A DNA stretch of 63,997 nt, counting the filler, from Olpidium bornovanus S191 (Eukaryota > Fungi > Olpidiomycota): NCBI GenBank assembly GCA_017911155.1. It is 33 parts of 33 records of this genome, joined end to end, with 100 filler letters (N's around TTAATTAATTAA, not from the genome) between each part and the next. Parts side by side here need not be neighbours in the genome. Positions count along the whole stretch, not along the records: positions 48,299 to 51,675 come from JAEFCI010012483.1; positions 51,776 to 53,074 come from JAEFCI010005451.1; positions 53,175 to 55,601 come from JAEFCI010003375.1; positions 55,702 to 56,735 come from JAEFCI010011784.1; positions 56,836 to 58,743 come from JAEFCI010003483.1; positions 58,844 to 59,869 come from JAEFCI010001671.1; positions 59,970 to 62,895 come from JAEFCI010013175.1; 26 more parts are not named here. One strand, 5' to 3'. Shown here one piece after another: positions 48,299 through 59,971 of this stretch. Within the stretch, counting starts at the first letter, position 1; every line of letters begins with the position of its first letter. A program made the position numbers and the translations under genes. The notes beneath the pieces were generated by a model. That model searched no databases and had not been told where the DNA came from. It saw only the letters and a list, made by a program, of their open reading frames with translations.

Positions 48299-49315
48299 CA
48301 TGGACTGATCACAAACAAAACAAAGATGCACGCGTTTTATAATGCAGCGACAACGGAGTCACCAAGGGTCATTCGCCAGCTCGCTGCGGTGACAGCTTGC
48401 CTGCAGGTCGAACTGAATGATAGCTCGCGGCGGACGACATCACTCTGGAGAAAAGATTTCTCGTGTGCCGGTAAACAGTTCCAGGCGTGAGAGATCACGG
48501 AGGACATCGCCGATGCATGGCCGACACAGGTCGGCGAAATGGGGGAGATGTGGAAAACGTTTTTCCACCGGCGCTCCGCTTCTCTCAAATTCTACCTGGA
48601 AAATGGCGCATCTGGGGACACGTTCGAGGCAATGCTCGCAGAGAAAGCATATATAAACATACCGTGTTAGCTCGGACTCACCATGAACGTTACATGGGGA
48701 GCAGAGAGCCTTGGGTCGCACTGCCGTGGTGTGTCGTACAACATCGCCAAGCACGTTCTCTTGCTTGCCTGTTGCATTAAAGGAGTGAATAAGCGACACG
48801 TGGAACTCAACCTCGCAAAGTTCTACCTTTTTGCATCGGTCTTGGATTACGCATCAGAACGCCTCAGAGACGCACATGTCCTACAAGGGCTCGTCGATCG
48901 AGACCCGGCAAATAATTGGCAGCAGCAGTTGAAGAAATCGCGCGGAGAGCTCTTGGGGGCTGTACGTCATATGCTTTGTCTCGCCCACGCGTTATCCACA
49001 AGGAACTATATTAACAAACACCGGCGAAAAGGCGCGAATTTCTTTCGTACTACTTACCTGGGAAGCGCTGGGTTTGCTCGGGCTTCCGGTGGAAGGCTAT
49101 CTGCTTCCACGTCACTTAACACGCCGAAGAAAGCGTCCCAAGTGGACAAGAGCGAGCTCCTCCGACTGATCGCCAAGTTCGAAAGTGACTGGACGTTGAT
49201 GAGAATGAAACATTCTGTCAACGCATATTGCCGTAACAAAAACCTGACCTCCCAAAGGGTAAGTCCAGAACCAAAGCCTTCAGCCGGATTCGCGCGCACA
49301 AACCTACAATATTAA
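48299..49315 (+). pseudogene. Unidentified intronless reading frame of about 338 codons broken by two in-frame stops
   Basis: One frame runs from the contig start to TAA at 49313-49315 with only TGA (48488) and TAG (48668) interruptions; composition is protein-like and non-repetitive. Confidence 0.5.
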
Positions 49316-51775
49316 TTCATTACTTCAGATTTTCAACAATATTTTGGCAAGAATGGGATTTCAGCTCAAGACAAAGGCGAGGCAAACCGGTTTCGACAAA
49401 GGTGCGCAAGTTCGGCATATACGCGCAGACAAATCAAATTTCTTCGTTGCTCAATAACGTGCGGATTACTTTTCTAGATGACATTTTCAAAGCGCTCGCC
49501 GGTGTTCGTGTGTTGAGGCAGGAGGAGGATTTCGCCATGTACCTGAGGTTGTTCCCCGACGCCCCTTAAACACCAGTTTGATGCACGTTGGATGTCATGG
49601 ATCGAACGAATTACGGCGCAAGAGTACGTGTAAAACCTCTTCATCTCCCCCAAGATCGTCCATGCCGTTAGAGGGTTAACTCAAGTTCTGTTCCTCCGTG
49701 TAGTCAACAACAGAAAGAATCCCTTGCCTTATTGACAAGCAACAGCAGCGAACAACCAATGTACGTCGGTCCGCTAACGTTGCTTGCAGGCATGTTGCTT
49801 GCAATTATTGTCACTGAAGTTCCCCGCTGTAGCCAACAACAGAACGAATCGCTCGCCTTGTTGAAAAGGGAAAGAACAGAGGCATCTGAAAACCCAATGT
49901 ACGTCCATCAATGGATGTTCGCCAACAACCGCGGCCCGCGTTTTCATTTCGCCTCTTTTCCTCCTCGCCCCGAATTGATGCTGTTGTTTTTTTTTTCGAC
50001 GAGGGTTGGGGCCGTGCCCCCCCCCCCCCCCTCTTAGCGCGGCCCTCGGGTTTTTGAGAAAGCAGATTGATTTGTTCGAACCCCGTCAGAGCCCGGCCGG
50101 GGAAACGGCTGCGGAGCGTCCCGGGGTTGCGTTCGTTTTTTTTATGTTTCTTTTTTGCCTTCGGATGACGCCGGCCAGCCCTCTCGCGGGGCACTCCCGC
50201 CCGGCGGGCGTTCGTAATTTTCCCTCGTCTGGCGGAGGCTGGGAGGGCCAGGGTTTTTTTGCCTTCCGAGAAAAAAGGACGCTAGGAAAATAAAAAGTGG
50301 GCGGGGCGAAAAAATCAAACAGTAAGAAAAATAGAAAAAAAGAGGGGGGAAAAAAAACAAAAAAGTAAAAAAAAAAAAACAAAAAAGTAAAAACAAAATC
50401 AATCAAGATAAAGAACAAAAAAGGAAGAAAAAAAAGACGGAAAAGAAAAGAATGAAAACGAAGAATAAAAACCGAGAAATAAATTTACAAAAAAAAGCAA
50501 AGAAAGAAAACACGGGTGAAAAACCAAACCACGGAAATGGAATGGAACGGATGCAGCCTGGGCCGTTTGTCACTGGCCGCACCCGATCGCGAAATATTTT
50601 TTTGGTCGGGCTCCGCTTCCGAAAGTTGGGCGGGTGAGGGACCCAGCTGAGTCGGTTGCCTCTCCGCGGGAGGCGGAGAAGAGGGCGGCGGGGAGCGAGG
50701 GGAAGAGCGGGGTTTTGTTGTGGTGTGTTCGGGTGAGGGTGAATCAAGCGCAAATTCACTTGTGGACTCACCCCTTAGCGGAGGGGTTTTTTTCCCTTCC
50801 CCTTACACCGGGGAGCCGCCAAGCCCACCGGTAAGTGCGCTTGGAGAGCGCAATTGGCATCTGCATCTTCATCGGCAGCCGACCTACACCGGGAGCGCGT
50901 TGGAGCGCTCCCCTGGAGGTGGCACTGGCTTCGGCGAGAACGCCGGTAATTGGGTGCGTTTTGTAGAACACTTTAAAGAGCTCTCCGAAGAAAGCGCCTA
51001 AGGTGACGTGCGTCGAGCCAGCAGGCGTCGAGGCTGCCGATCCACAGATCCGGTCTACGTCAAAGCGTCAACCACTACAATTCCGGTGGTATAAAGAAAG
51101 GCTGGACGCCAAGCAAGTTACTTTTCGAGCATAACAAACGGTAAACTGGTGGATGGATAGGAAGATGTGCGCGGCATACACATCTTACATACGCGAGGTT
51201 TGCAACTTACTCAAGGTTTTTTAGCAAAACGGTTAATGGGTGTATTCTCACAGGGAGTTTTCCTAAGGAGATGTTATTTGCAAACTACGTAGAGGCAATT
51301 TAGAACTGTTTTTGCTTTCGTTTATTTAGCGGTTAGCAACAGGGGAAAATCAGGGGATATTCAAAAACATTAGCTGTGCCGGCATGCCGCTGCCACTTCA
51401 CCGTCCTCGTTCGTTGGCTTCCGACCTCGCCAATTCCTCTGTTTGTTCGAGTTCGTTTTTTAGGGCTTCCGCAGGAGTGCGAGACGCGTCGCGTAACTTC
51501 CATTGCTACGAGAAAACTACATTACTGTACATTGAGGGGTTCCGACCACACGCACATGCACACTAATTCTAACACTTGGTTATTGGTTTTGAGACGAGAC
51601 GGTTGAGAATTTTACTTTGGAGCTGACTGGGAGCTTTCTACCGAGCGTCATAAATAAATTCAGTGTGAACTATAANNNNNNNNNNNNNNNNNNNNNNNNN
51701 NNNNNNNNNNNNNNNNNNNTTAATTAATTAANNNNNNNNNNNNNNNNNNNNNNNNNNNNNNNNNNNNNNNNNNNN

Positions 51776-52881
51776 CAACGAGACGATCCTCCGGCTGCGG
51801 TCGGAAAGCGCACTGGCGCTCTCTCCGCCCCAGCAGCCCGGGGAGAGCTGCGCAAATCGCGCCTCCACGCGGAGGCGGCTGCGGAACGTGTCCATGTCCG
51901 AGGTCCAGTCGCCGCTCGTGGGCAACGCGCGCCTGCTCTCCGGAGGCTCGATGGCGACGCGCGCCCCCGCCGACCAGAGAAACGCTTCGGCGGACGCCGA
52001 GGCGCGGGCCGCCACCCCCCCGGGCGACCTCGGCGCCGCCGCGGATCAGCCCGCCGCGGACGCGGACATCGCCGCGGCGGCGGTGGAGGCGGCGGGCCTG
52101 ACCTCTTCTCGACCGCATCTTTTGACGCCGGGCCGCACGGTAACAACTTGGCGGCGGCGGATGCGCACGATGTCCATGTCTGGCGTCGACTGTTTGATGT
52201 TCTCGCAAAAAGGAAGCGGCCAGCTCTTCGTCGCGAAGCAAGGCCCCGGGCCGCGGACCGGGACGCCGGGGAAGAGGGTCAAAGACATCTTGATCGCCGA
52301 CGACAATCCCATCGCGTGCAAGGTGCGTCGAGTTGCGCGTCTCCTGTTGCTTCACCGCGACGTCTTGCTTTTGCCCTTTTTTTTTGTTTACCCTGCCTGC
52401 CGACTACGCGGATGACCGCTTTTGGCAGATCCTGGAGCTCAACTTGAAAAGACTCAAGTGTCGCTCGGTGACCGTACGAAACGGCGCGGAGGCGATAAGA
52501 TGCGCGGTGGGCGAGGTCAAATTCGACGTCATATTCATGGATTGCCACATGCCTATCAGTATGTCACGTTTTCCCGGCGTTCGAACACCGTACGGGGGGG
52601 GAGAGGGGCCACGGACTTTTCGGGAAGCGTGTGCGGGTTTCTTCCAGGAGCTGAACAACGGATCCTCCCCCCCCCCCTTTTTTTTTTTCCGCGGACGCGA
52701 AAAAGTCGACGGAGAGTCGGCGGCTCGCATGATCAAGTCCACCGCGAACGTGAACCGTAACACACCAATCGTCGCAGTCACAGCGTACGAGCACGCGCAG
52801 ATGTCACCCGCATTCGACGACGTCATCCACAAACCAATCACCATGCAAGCCATCATCCGCGTACTCCAGCATTTGGGGTGA
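51776..52881 (+). CDS. Rim15/Cek1-like kinase, C-terminal receiver (REC) domain, 5' partial
   Basis: DILIADDNPIACK|ILELNLKRLKCRSVTVRNGAEAIRCAVGEVKFDVIFMDCHMPI|...DGESAARMIKSTANVNRNTPIVAVTAYE...FDDVIHKP matches the Rim15-type REC pattern (RMIkST.N.N..TPIvAvTAY). Confidence 0.8.
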
Positions 52882-53627
52882 ACCTTGGGATTTTTTTTTT
52901 TGTTTTTCTCTCGCCTTTTGTCCGCCTCATCGGCGCACTTCCATGTTAAACCGCTGGCTTTATCTGCTGGCCTTTACACCACTCCCCCACTTTTTTGGTG
53001 TTTTGAATTAATATTTCCCTCTTTTTTTGGCATTGTCCTCGCCTTCTTTCCTGTGTTCATTTGCGTCGTCCCGGNNNNNNNNNNNNNNNNNNNNNNNNNN
53101 NNNNNNNNNNNNNNNNNNTTAATTAATTAANNNNNNNNNNNNNNNNNNNNNNNNNNNNNNNNNNNNNNNNNNNNCATGCCCAGGCAGCTTTTTCTGAGCA
53201 ATTTTTTTTTTTTTGTTTTCGTGGGAGTTTTCGGCGGTTTTTGGAAAGAAAAAAAAAGAATTGAAATGGAGAGAGGATGGTAGTTTGGGAGGTTGGCGTA
53301 GGGTGGCGTTTGCGTTTTGCCCGACGGGCGCAGTGCAACGTTGGGCTTGAATGTTTGGCACCGGAGATCAGTTGATGATTGAGATATTACACAGTGCCCC
53401 CTGCACCAAGTACGCACGTGTATGAAGAAGGCCCGGGAGCCGGCAGGGAACGTTGCGCAAAAATGCCAGGGCGTGAACGTTCCCCACCCGCTTCCCAAAC
53501 CGTTTCACATTGGGGAGAACGCATGTGCGCCGTGCCGGGCGGCATATCGAGTACCCACTCTCGCTCCCACCAAGACCAACTGGCGACAGGCCCTGACCCG
53601 CGAACCTTTCCGGGCAAAGGAAAAAGA

Positions 53628-55291
53628 CTATTCTACCCTTCCGTCCGACTTAAATTTTTCCGAGAGGCTCGCGGCTGCGGCCTTGTATTTTTTCCGTTCT
53701 GATACCAGGCGGGTCAAGAGCCCGGGGACGATCCCGATCCTTTCTCTGCTTAACTCCCCGTTCCTCCACGTCGTGTAGCATATGTTTTTGTTGATCACGA
53801 TGGAGGGGTAGAGGGACGAGAAGTCCAGCACGGCGCACCACTCGTCCACCCCGACTTCGGGTTTCATGACCGAAGCGCCCTTCAGGGGTTCGGTCCTCCC
53901 GCAGTAGTCGTCCATGACAACTCTGTTGCTGCGACACTCCCTGTAAAGTAGGATTTTCCTGCTCTCGCCTCTCGTGTAGAGCTCTTCTATCCTCACGTCC
54001 GTGAGCCTGCTGAGCGCGACGCAGCCGTACCACACTCTGAACTTCTCGAACAGGTCGAGGGTCAGGGTCGCGTCGGTCATGCAGTACTCCGCCACCGTTT
54101 TTACGGAACAGGCGTCGTTGCTCTCCACCAACCCGAGCAGCCTGTTCGGCGTCAGGTCCACTTTGCTAGAACCCGGGACTTCCCTCGCGGCCTGGTCCAG
54201 CGAGTACTTTTGGAACTTCAGCTCCCGCTTCACGTACTGCATCACGTCGATGAACAACCTCCCGAAACACGTCGGGATAAAGAACTCGTTGTTCCCGTAC
54301 GCGGAACTGCTCCACTCAGGTTCCTTGAAAATTCCCCTGTACCCTTTCACGCGCGATATGTTCACGTAGGTGTCGATCATGAAGCACATCCTCTTCCACA
54401 GGTATGACAGGTCGAACGACAGGATGTTGTATCCCGTCACGACGTCCGGGTCCAGCTCCAGTATCAGGTCGAAGAACGCCCTGATCATGTCAAGCTCGTT
54501 CGAGTACGGCGTGAACGTGGCGCCGCCCACGGTCACGTCCGGCGACGTCACGCACATGCAGAAGTTCTTCGCGACGCCCTTTTCTTTGTACACGACGCAG
54601 ATCATGTACACTTCCGCCGAGGACCTCTAAGGGTCGGGGGAACGCGGACTTCTTGTGGCCCTTACACCCGATATCGAAACACATCACGGAGGGTTCCGGG
54701 ATCGTGTCGTCTTCCAGCGTCGTCGCGGAATTGACGACAAACTCCTTCCCTTTTCTCGAGATCTTAAACACAGGTTCCGACAGTTCGAACTCCGTCCACG
54801 TTCCGAGTTTCAATCCGGAGCGCTCCAGATACTTGTCCCTGGAGGAGATGCTGGATTCGTAAACGACGAACCTGTTCTTCACCTTCGCGCACATCTCCAG
54901 CAGCCTCTCCTCGCTGCGGTGCCGGTCCTCGAAACACTGCTTCTCCGCGAGACTTCTCATGGTTTTCATGTAGACGGGCCCGGAGACGCTGGCCCCGCCG
55001 AAAGCCTCCTTCACGGCAGAGGCGCGCGCGACCCGGTCCGCCGGATATCCGCCGACGGGAGAAATGATCACGAAAGGAACAAGCCTCGGGTCCCTGAGGA
55101 CGACCCTCTCCCCCTCTTCCGAAACGCACATCAGGAGCACCCCCCGGGATTCCGACCGCGTCCACCTGTCCGTTGTGGCATTCCTCGTCTTTGCACCCGT
55201 TTTCGCTCCTCGTCAGAAGCGTGAGCTTCGAGCACTCGTCGCAACAGTTGTACACCCTCTCGTACGCCGCGTCCAGTATAAAAAGCTTCAT
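53628..55291 (-). pseudogene. Family B DNA polymerase of large-DNA-virus (NCLDV-like) type: intronless, frameshifted, truncated before motifs B and C
   Basis: Three consecutive frames: MKLFILDAAY..., ExoI VMCFDIG, ExoII VTGYNILSFDLSYL, EWSSSAYG...GRLFIDV...KYSLD, ExoIII EYCMTD, LYTRGE, motif A VLDFSSLYPSIVINKNICYTT, and GIVPGLLTRLVSERKKYK. Confidence 0.9.
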
Positions 55292-55339
55292 CTTTGCCGC
55301 GTGATCCTTAGCCCGTACGGCGCGTTACAGCGTATCGTT

Positions 55340-55601
55340 TTAAAACTCGGAATCCCGGACGGGTATGCCGGTGACGAAACCGCTGATCCCGTCTCCGCTC
55401 ACGTGGAGTTCCTCTCGCCTCAGGATCTGGCAGAACTTTCTCACGTTACAGGTCCTCGAGTTCGGGTAGCTGTCCTGGAACCAGGACCTGTACAGAGCCA
55501 GAGGTGAGACGTGTGTATCATTCCCGGCTGGACTTCTGGTGCAGACGGAGGAACTGGACCACGGGTTCGTTGTCCGCAAATAAATCCTGGGTCGCCTTGA
55601 C
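55340..55601 (-). pseudogene. Probable 3' end of a D5-like primase-helicase, frameshifted
   Basis: VKATQDLFADNEPVVQFL, then after a frameshift ...LALYRSWFQDSYPNSRTCNVRKFCQIL...SEF*. This resembles the C-terminal V..AT..Y...ND.V.QF and LY..F..W....YP elements of D5/SF3 helicases. The stop lies 48 bp before the polB ATG. Confidence 0.5.
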
Positions 55602-58059
55602 NNNNNNNNNNNNNNNNNNNNNNNNNNNNNNNNNNNNNNNNNNNNTTAATTAATTAANNNNNNNNNNNNNNNNNNNNNNNNNNNNNNNNNNNNNNNNNNN
55701 NCATGCCTGCAGTTCTCGAGCAGCTCCCTGTTCTTCGCGAGATCTACGCGTCCCTTCAAAGCAAAATCACGCGTCCCTGTCTCCTCAAGTCGCTATCTGC
55801 GGAAATCACAAACCAGGCCGAACTTAAATATATCGGTATCGAGACCACGTGGATTTAGTGGCTAAACAACCCACCAGCAACCGGGGGAGGAGGAAGGGGG
55901 GAGTTATCGGGCGTTTGAGCGTCATCCGATGTCAGTCTCGTCCCACGGCGCGCACGCCTGGCCGTCGTTCTCCTCGCCGAGTTCTTCCATCTGCCTCGCC
56001 CGCCTGTTGTCCACCTTTCGCATCGGACAACCAGTTCGGCGGCTCGTCGTGCCCGAATCCGCGCTCGACCGACGGCAGCGCGTCTATTGCCGGGGACTGT
56101 TGCCTGATCGAAAGAGCGTCCGCGGAGAGCTGGTACACGCACGGCGCGACGTGCTGGAGATGCCGCGCCTCGAAGCGGATCATCATGTTGTAATAGAGGA
56201 CCTCGAAGTTCATGATGAATGCCGGCCCGAGGAGAGTGCGGGGCGGATCAGGGAGGGTTACGAATATCGAGCGATATTGATGAGCGGACGTAGCGGGTGT
56301 GACACCGAGTGCGCCGCGGCGGTCTTAAAATCCCCTCGCGCTCACCCCGCGATCCAGCCAGCAGCGCCATCATCCTGAAGGACATCTTAATGTCGAGGTA
56401 GCCCGAGACTCGCAACTCGCAAGCGATGCGCGCGAGAGTCTCGAGTTCTGCGAGGTCGAACCGGCGCCTTTCCTTCGTGCGGAGCGCGGGAAGCTCGAGC
56501 ATCCTTTTTGTAATGGGAGATATTTTGCTTTTTTTCTCGTTTAACGCCGCAAACGAAGGCAGGAAACGGGGAACTACCGCGCCGCTCTCCGTTTCACAGG
56601 CAGGCGCGAAAGTACGCGGAAATTTCGCACAGCGCCCGTGAGGAGGCGGATTCTGTCGAAATGATTTTGCGGCAGGGGGGGCGACGGGAAGCCGACCGGT
56701 AACGGACGGGAATTTTTCGTCGGAACGGGCAGAAGNNNNNNNNNNNNNNNNNNNNNNNNNNNNNNNNNNNNNNNNNNNNTTAATTAATTAANNNNNNNNN
56801 NNNNNNNNNNNNNNNNNNNNNNNNNNNNNNNNNNNCATGAATGATGAGTCGATTCCGCTGTCTGTTGTTCAGTCTACCATTTCGTTTACAAGCACGCCGC
56901 GCACGCATTTCCACTTCCGCGTAAAATAAAGCGGCTAATCGCGGTGTCTCAAATCCGGCCCAAAACTGCGAGACGTCTTCCGCGTTCCCCCCAACTTTAA
57001 CCTCGTTTCCCCACACGCCATCGAGCGATTGTGAGGGGATACGACGCCCAAAAGTCAGCTTCCGCAGATCCCGCCTGACCTCTGGCGCGGATACAGGCTT
57101 TTAAACAAACTACGTGACTCTCTGACGTACGGGAAGGATGACACCCACTGGCAAAGCGACGGCTGATATCTATCACCCTTCCTTCCCCTCTTCCCCCCCC
57201 CCCTGTGCGGTTCCGGAGATCCGCCACCGAGGTCGACCATAACAACTGCTCCTCGCCGGTAGAAACGTTTATTTGGCGAAAAACACTTTACCCCGTGACC
57301 GTAAGGTTTTCTCGATGATATTTTTGGGCGACGCACCAGACGGGGAGCGGATGTGCGTACGTGTGTGTGCGTGCATATACGCGCGCGTGCGTCTGTGTTC
57401 GGGGTGTGCGTAGTGCAAAGAGTCGGCCGGAAGGGGTGTTCGGAAGGGGTGTTGGCCGGCCTCGGAATTCAGAAAGTTCAAACTATGCCAAGGGAGAAGC
57501 AAATTCCGCGGAGCTTATTTTTTAATTTTTCGCCAATTATAATCTGTGGCGGTCGTCGCATTTTGCGCAAATTTATGGTGTAATTCGCTGCAGGGGGACC
57601 GGCCGGGAATTTGCGGGGTGCGCGGTGGAAGGGAGGAGGGGGTGAGGGTGTGGGGGAACAGCCATACGGAAATTTTTTTCCCGGTCTTTTTTTTTTTTTT
57701 TTTTTTTTTTTTTCCGGTTGCGCACGTGCGTGGAAACCAAATCCGATTGCGACCGCTCTCGACTGACGGGAAAGTTGCGGTATGGAACATTCCGGCTCTT
57801 CAAAAAGAGGCGCTCGCAACGCGCATCCAACGCGAGCATTTCCCTAACGGCAGCGCTCGGACATACCGGCCTATTCGGCGTGGGAGCAAACACCCCCCCG
57901 CCCAACTCTGACAATCCCGCCCTATTTTCGGTGTGAAAGAGCAGCATCCGCTCTCTCCGCCATCGCAAGTTCTTTCTCAAACAGGAGCGTCGTCATTGCA
58001 GCTCTGGAGCACAAAAGATTTTAGACGAACGCACTAGAAGTTTACAGATAGACCGTAAA

Positions 58060-58743
58060 ATGAGCATTCGACGGATCCGCCAGGCGGAGATGCTCTCCCG
58101 TTCTGCAAGCAACGCAGACCTTTTGTCAGAGTCTTTGGTCGCCCGCTCGGTGATGCGCAAAAGCCTGTCGTGGCCCAGCATCGCAAACCCCAAGTTCGAC
58201 GGCTCCGTGCATCCCGCCCCGGCGCGCGGCACCAAAAGCCGGGATGCCCGGCGCAAGTCCGTGGCCGACAAACCGCGGCCCGCCTTCCGCAACGAGGAGA
58301 GCGTTTTCCTCGGCCTGCCGGTGGAGATCGGCTTGGAGATCCTTGAGTACTTCAGCCACGGGGACCTCCTCAGGTTCCGCGGGACCAGCAGGGACTGCAA
58401 GCGCATCGCGGACTGCCGGCTGAAGCGCACGACTGCGGCTCGGCTGGCGGCCTGCCGCGAAAATTTCGACGCGACCAGGGAAATGGTAGAATCAATGGAG
58501 GAAGCAGTCCTGCCGGGCATGGTGCTGAACCACCGCTACCTTGGGGTGGTCAGTAACTGGAACATCGACGAGCTCCGATGGATGCGCAACCCGAGCGAGG
58601 AGGTGCGGGTCGTTTGCCAGTGCATGCTGGCCCTGCAGAAGGGCCACTTCGCGCCGAACTACCTCGCGGAACGTTCCGAGAACGACGCCGCAAGGTTTGA
58701 GTCGTGGGCGTCTATTCGCGCCGAGATGGGGACCCTCGAGTTC
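58060..58743 (+). CDS. F-box protein with a downstream dynein microtubule-binding-domain-like segment, 3' partial
   Basis: F-box-like FLGLPVEIGLEILEYFSHGDLLRFRGTSRDCKRIA (from 58306), a helical linker, then VSNWNIDELRWMRNPSEEVRVVCQCMLAL...SWASIRAEMGTLEF. Confidence 0.65.
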
Positions 58744-59399
58744 NNNNNNNNNNNNNNNNNNNNNNNNNNNNNNNNNNNNNNNNNNNNTTAATTAATTAAN
58801 NNNNNNNNNNNNNNNNNNNNNNNNNNNNNNNNNNNNNNNNNNNACACTTCGAGCAAGTGGCCGGCGTCGCTGCACGTGACCCCGGTAAGCAAAGGCAAAA
58901 GGCGGGCGCAAGCGAGCGAAATAATGCAAGAGAGCAAAGGTGCAAAAAGGGCAAATGATGCAAAGAGAGCGAGACAATGCAACGGAGTCGAAATCGGAGG
59001 GGAAATCGAGGGGAAGTGGGGTTCGAAGCTAAGATAATCGAAGGCGAGGGTCGATGTCCGCCGAAGCCATTTTGGGCGCCGACACCGGACGAGAAGGTGC
59101 CGTTCGAAACAGCAGTGGCGGGACGACGCCTGAAACTCTACTATGCGCGCGCGACCACGACATCACTGCCCGTCGACGACGAGACCTGCTAGTTTTGTTC
59201 TTCCCTTTTCTCTTTTTCGTCCTGTTTTCGTTTGTCTCGCTTTCGTTCTCCTTTTTCTTTTGTTTTCCTTCCTCATCGACATGGCCGACGCCTGCGCAAC
59301 GTACGCAGGCCTCGGGGAGGGGGATGTCGGGGGTCGATTTCGAGTCTCGGGGGTTGACAGGGGGTTGACGTTTAGCTGCCCCACCTTCACGTTGTAGCC

Positions 59400-59869
59400 C
59401 TCTTTTTCTCTCTGACGCAAAAACGTTGTTAAGAAATAAACTCGGAACCCGCAACGCGGTCGACGTCTCCGTGGTCGCATGTGTCACACCGGCGAGCCTC
59501 CTCTGGTGTTGTTCCAACTGCTGCTGGAACAGGAGGCGAGTTGCCTCCAACTTCTTTTGCGCCTCTCGCGCAACCTCGTCGTCCATCCTAATCGGTGGAA
59601 CGTTGGAAACGTCGAAGTCAAGGTTAGACTCCTTACCCTGAGCACCCATTGTCACGTCAGGGTAGTTTCCTGTCCCATCGCTGATGGAACAGCGCTCACT
59701 AGCGCTTTTGTCTTCCGTCAAATGCGGCATCTGCATCGCCGCCATTTGCATGGTCAGTGCCATCTCAGCACTCTGTGCCTCCATTTCGGCGCTCCAACTC
59801 CTTCTGGCGTTGTTCTGTGCCGCCGCCGCGGCACTCTCTGCCGCCGTCGCGGTGTGCGGCACCATCTCG
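59400..59869 (-). CDS. Hypothetical protein exon (Ala/Gln-rich, short coiled coil)
   Basis: Open frame with DDEVAREAQKKLEATRLLFQQQLEQHQRRL; no family recognised. Confidence 0.3.
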
Positions 59870-59971
59870 NNNNNNNNNNNNNNNNNNNNNNNNNNNNNNN
59901 NNNNNNNNNNNNNTTAATTAATTAANNNNNNNNNNNNNNNNNNNNNNNNNNNNNNNNNNNNNNNNNNNNCC

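Noticed and set aside
53500-53627. In-frame RQLVL after the polB stop as a possible decayed motif B (RQxAxK...NSxYG)
   Set aside because: No Lys, Asn-Ser or Tyr-Gly follow at the right spacing in any frame.
55702-56735. Protein-like minus-strand pieces (MLELPALRTKE...; MNFEVLYYNMMIRF...)
   Set aside because: They are probably exons of a host gene, but I could not build a consistent splice model or recognise a family.
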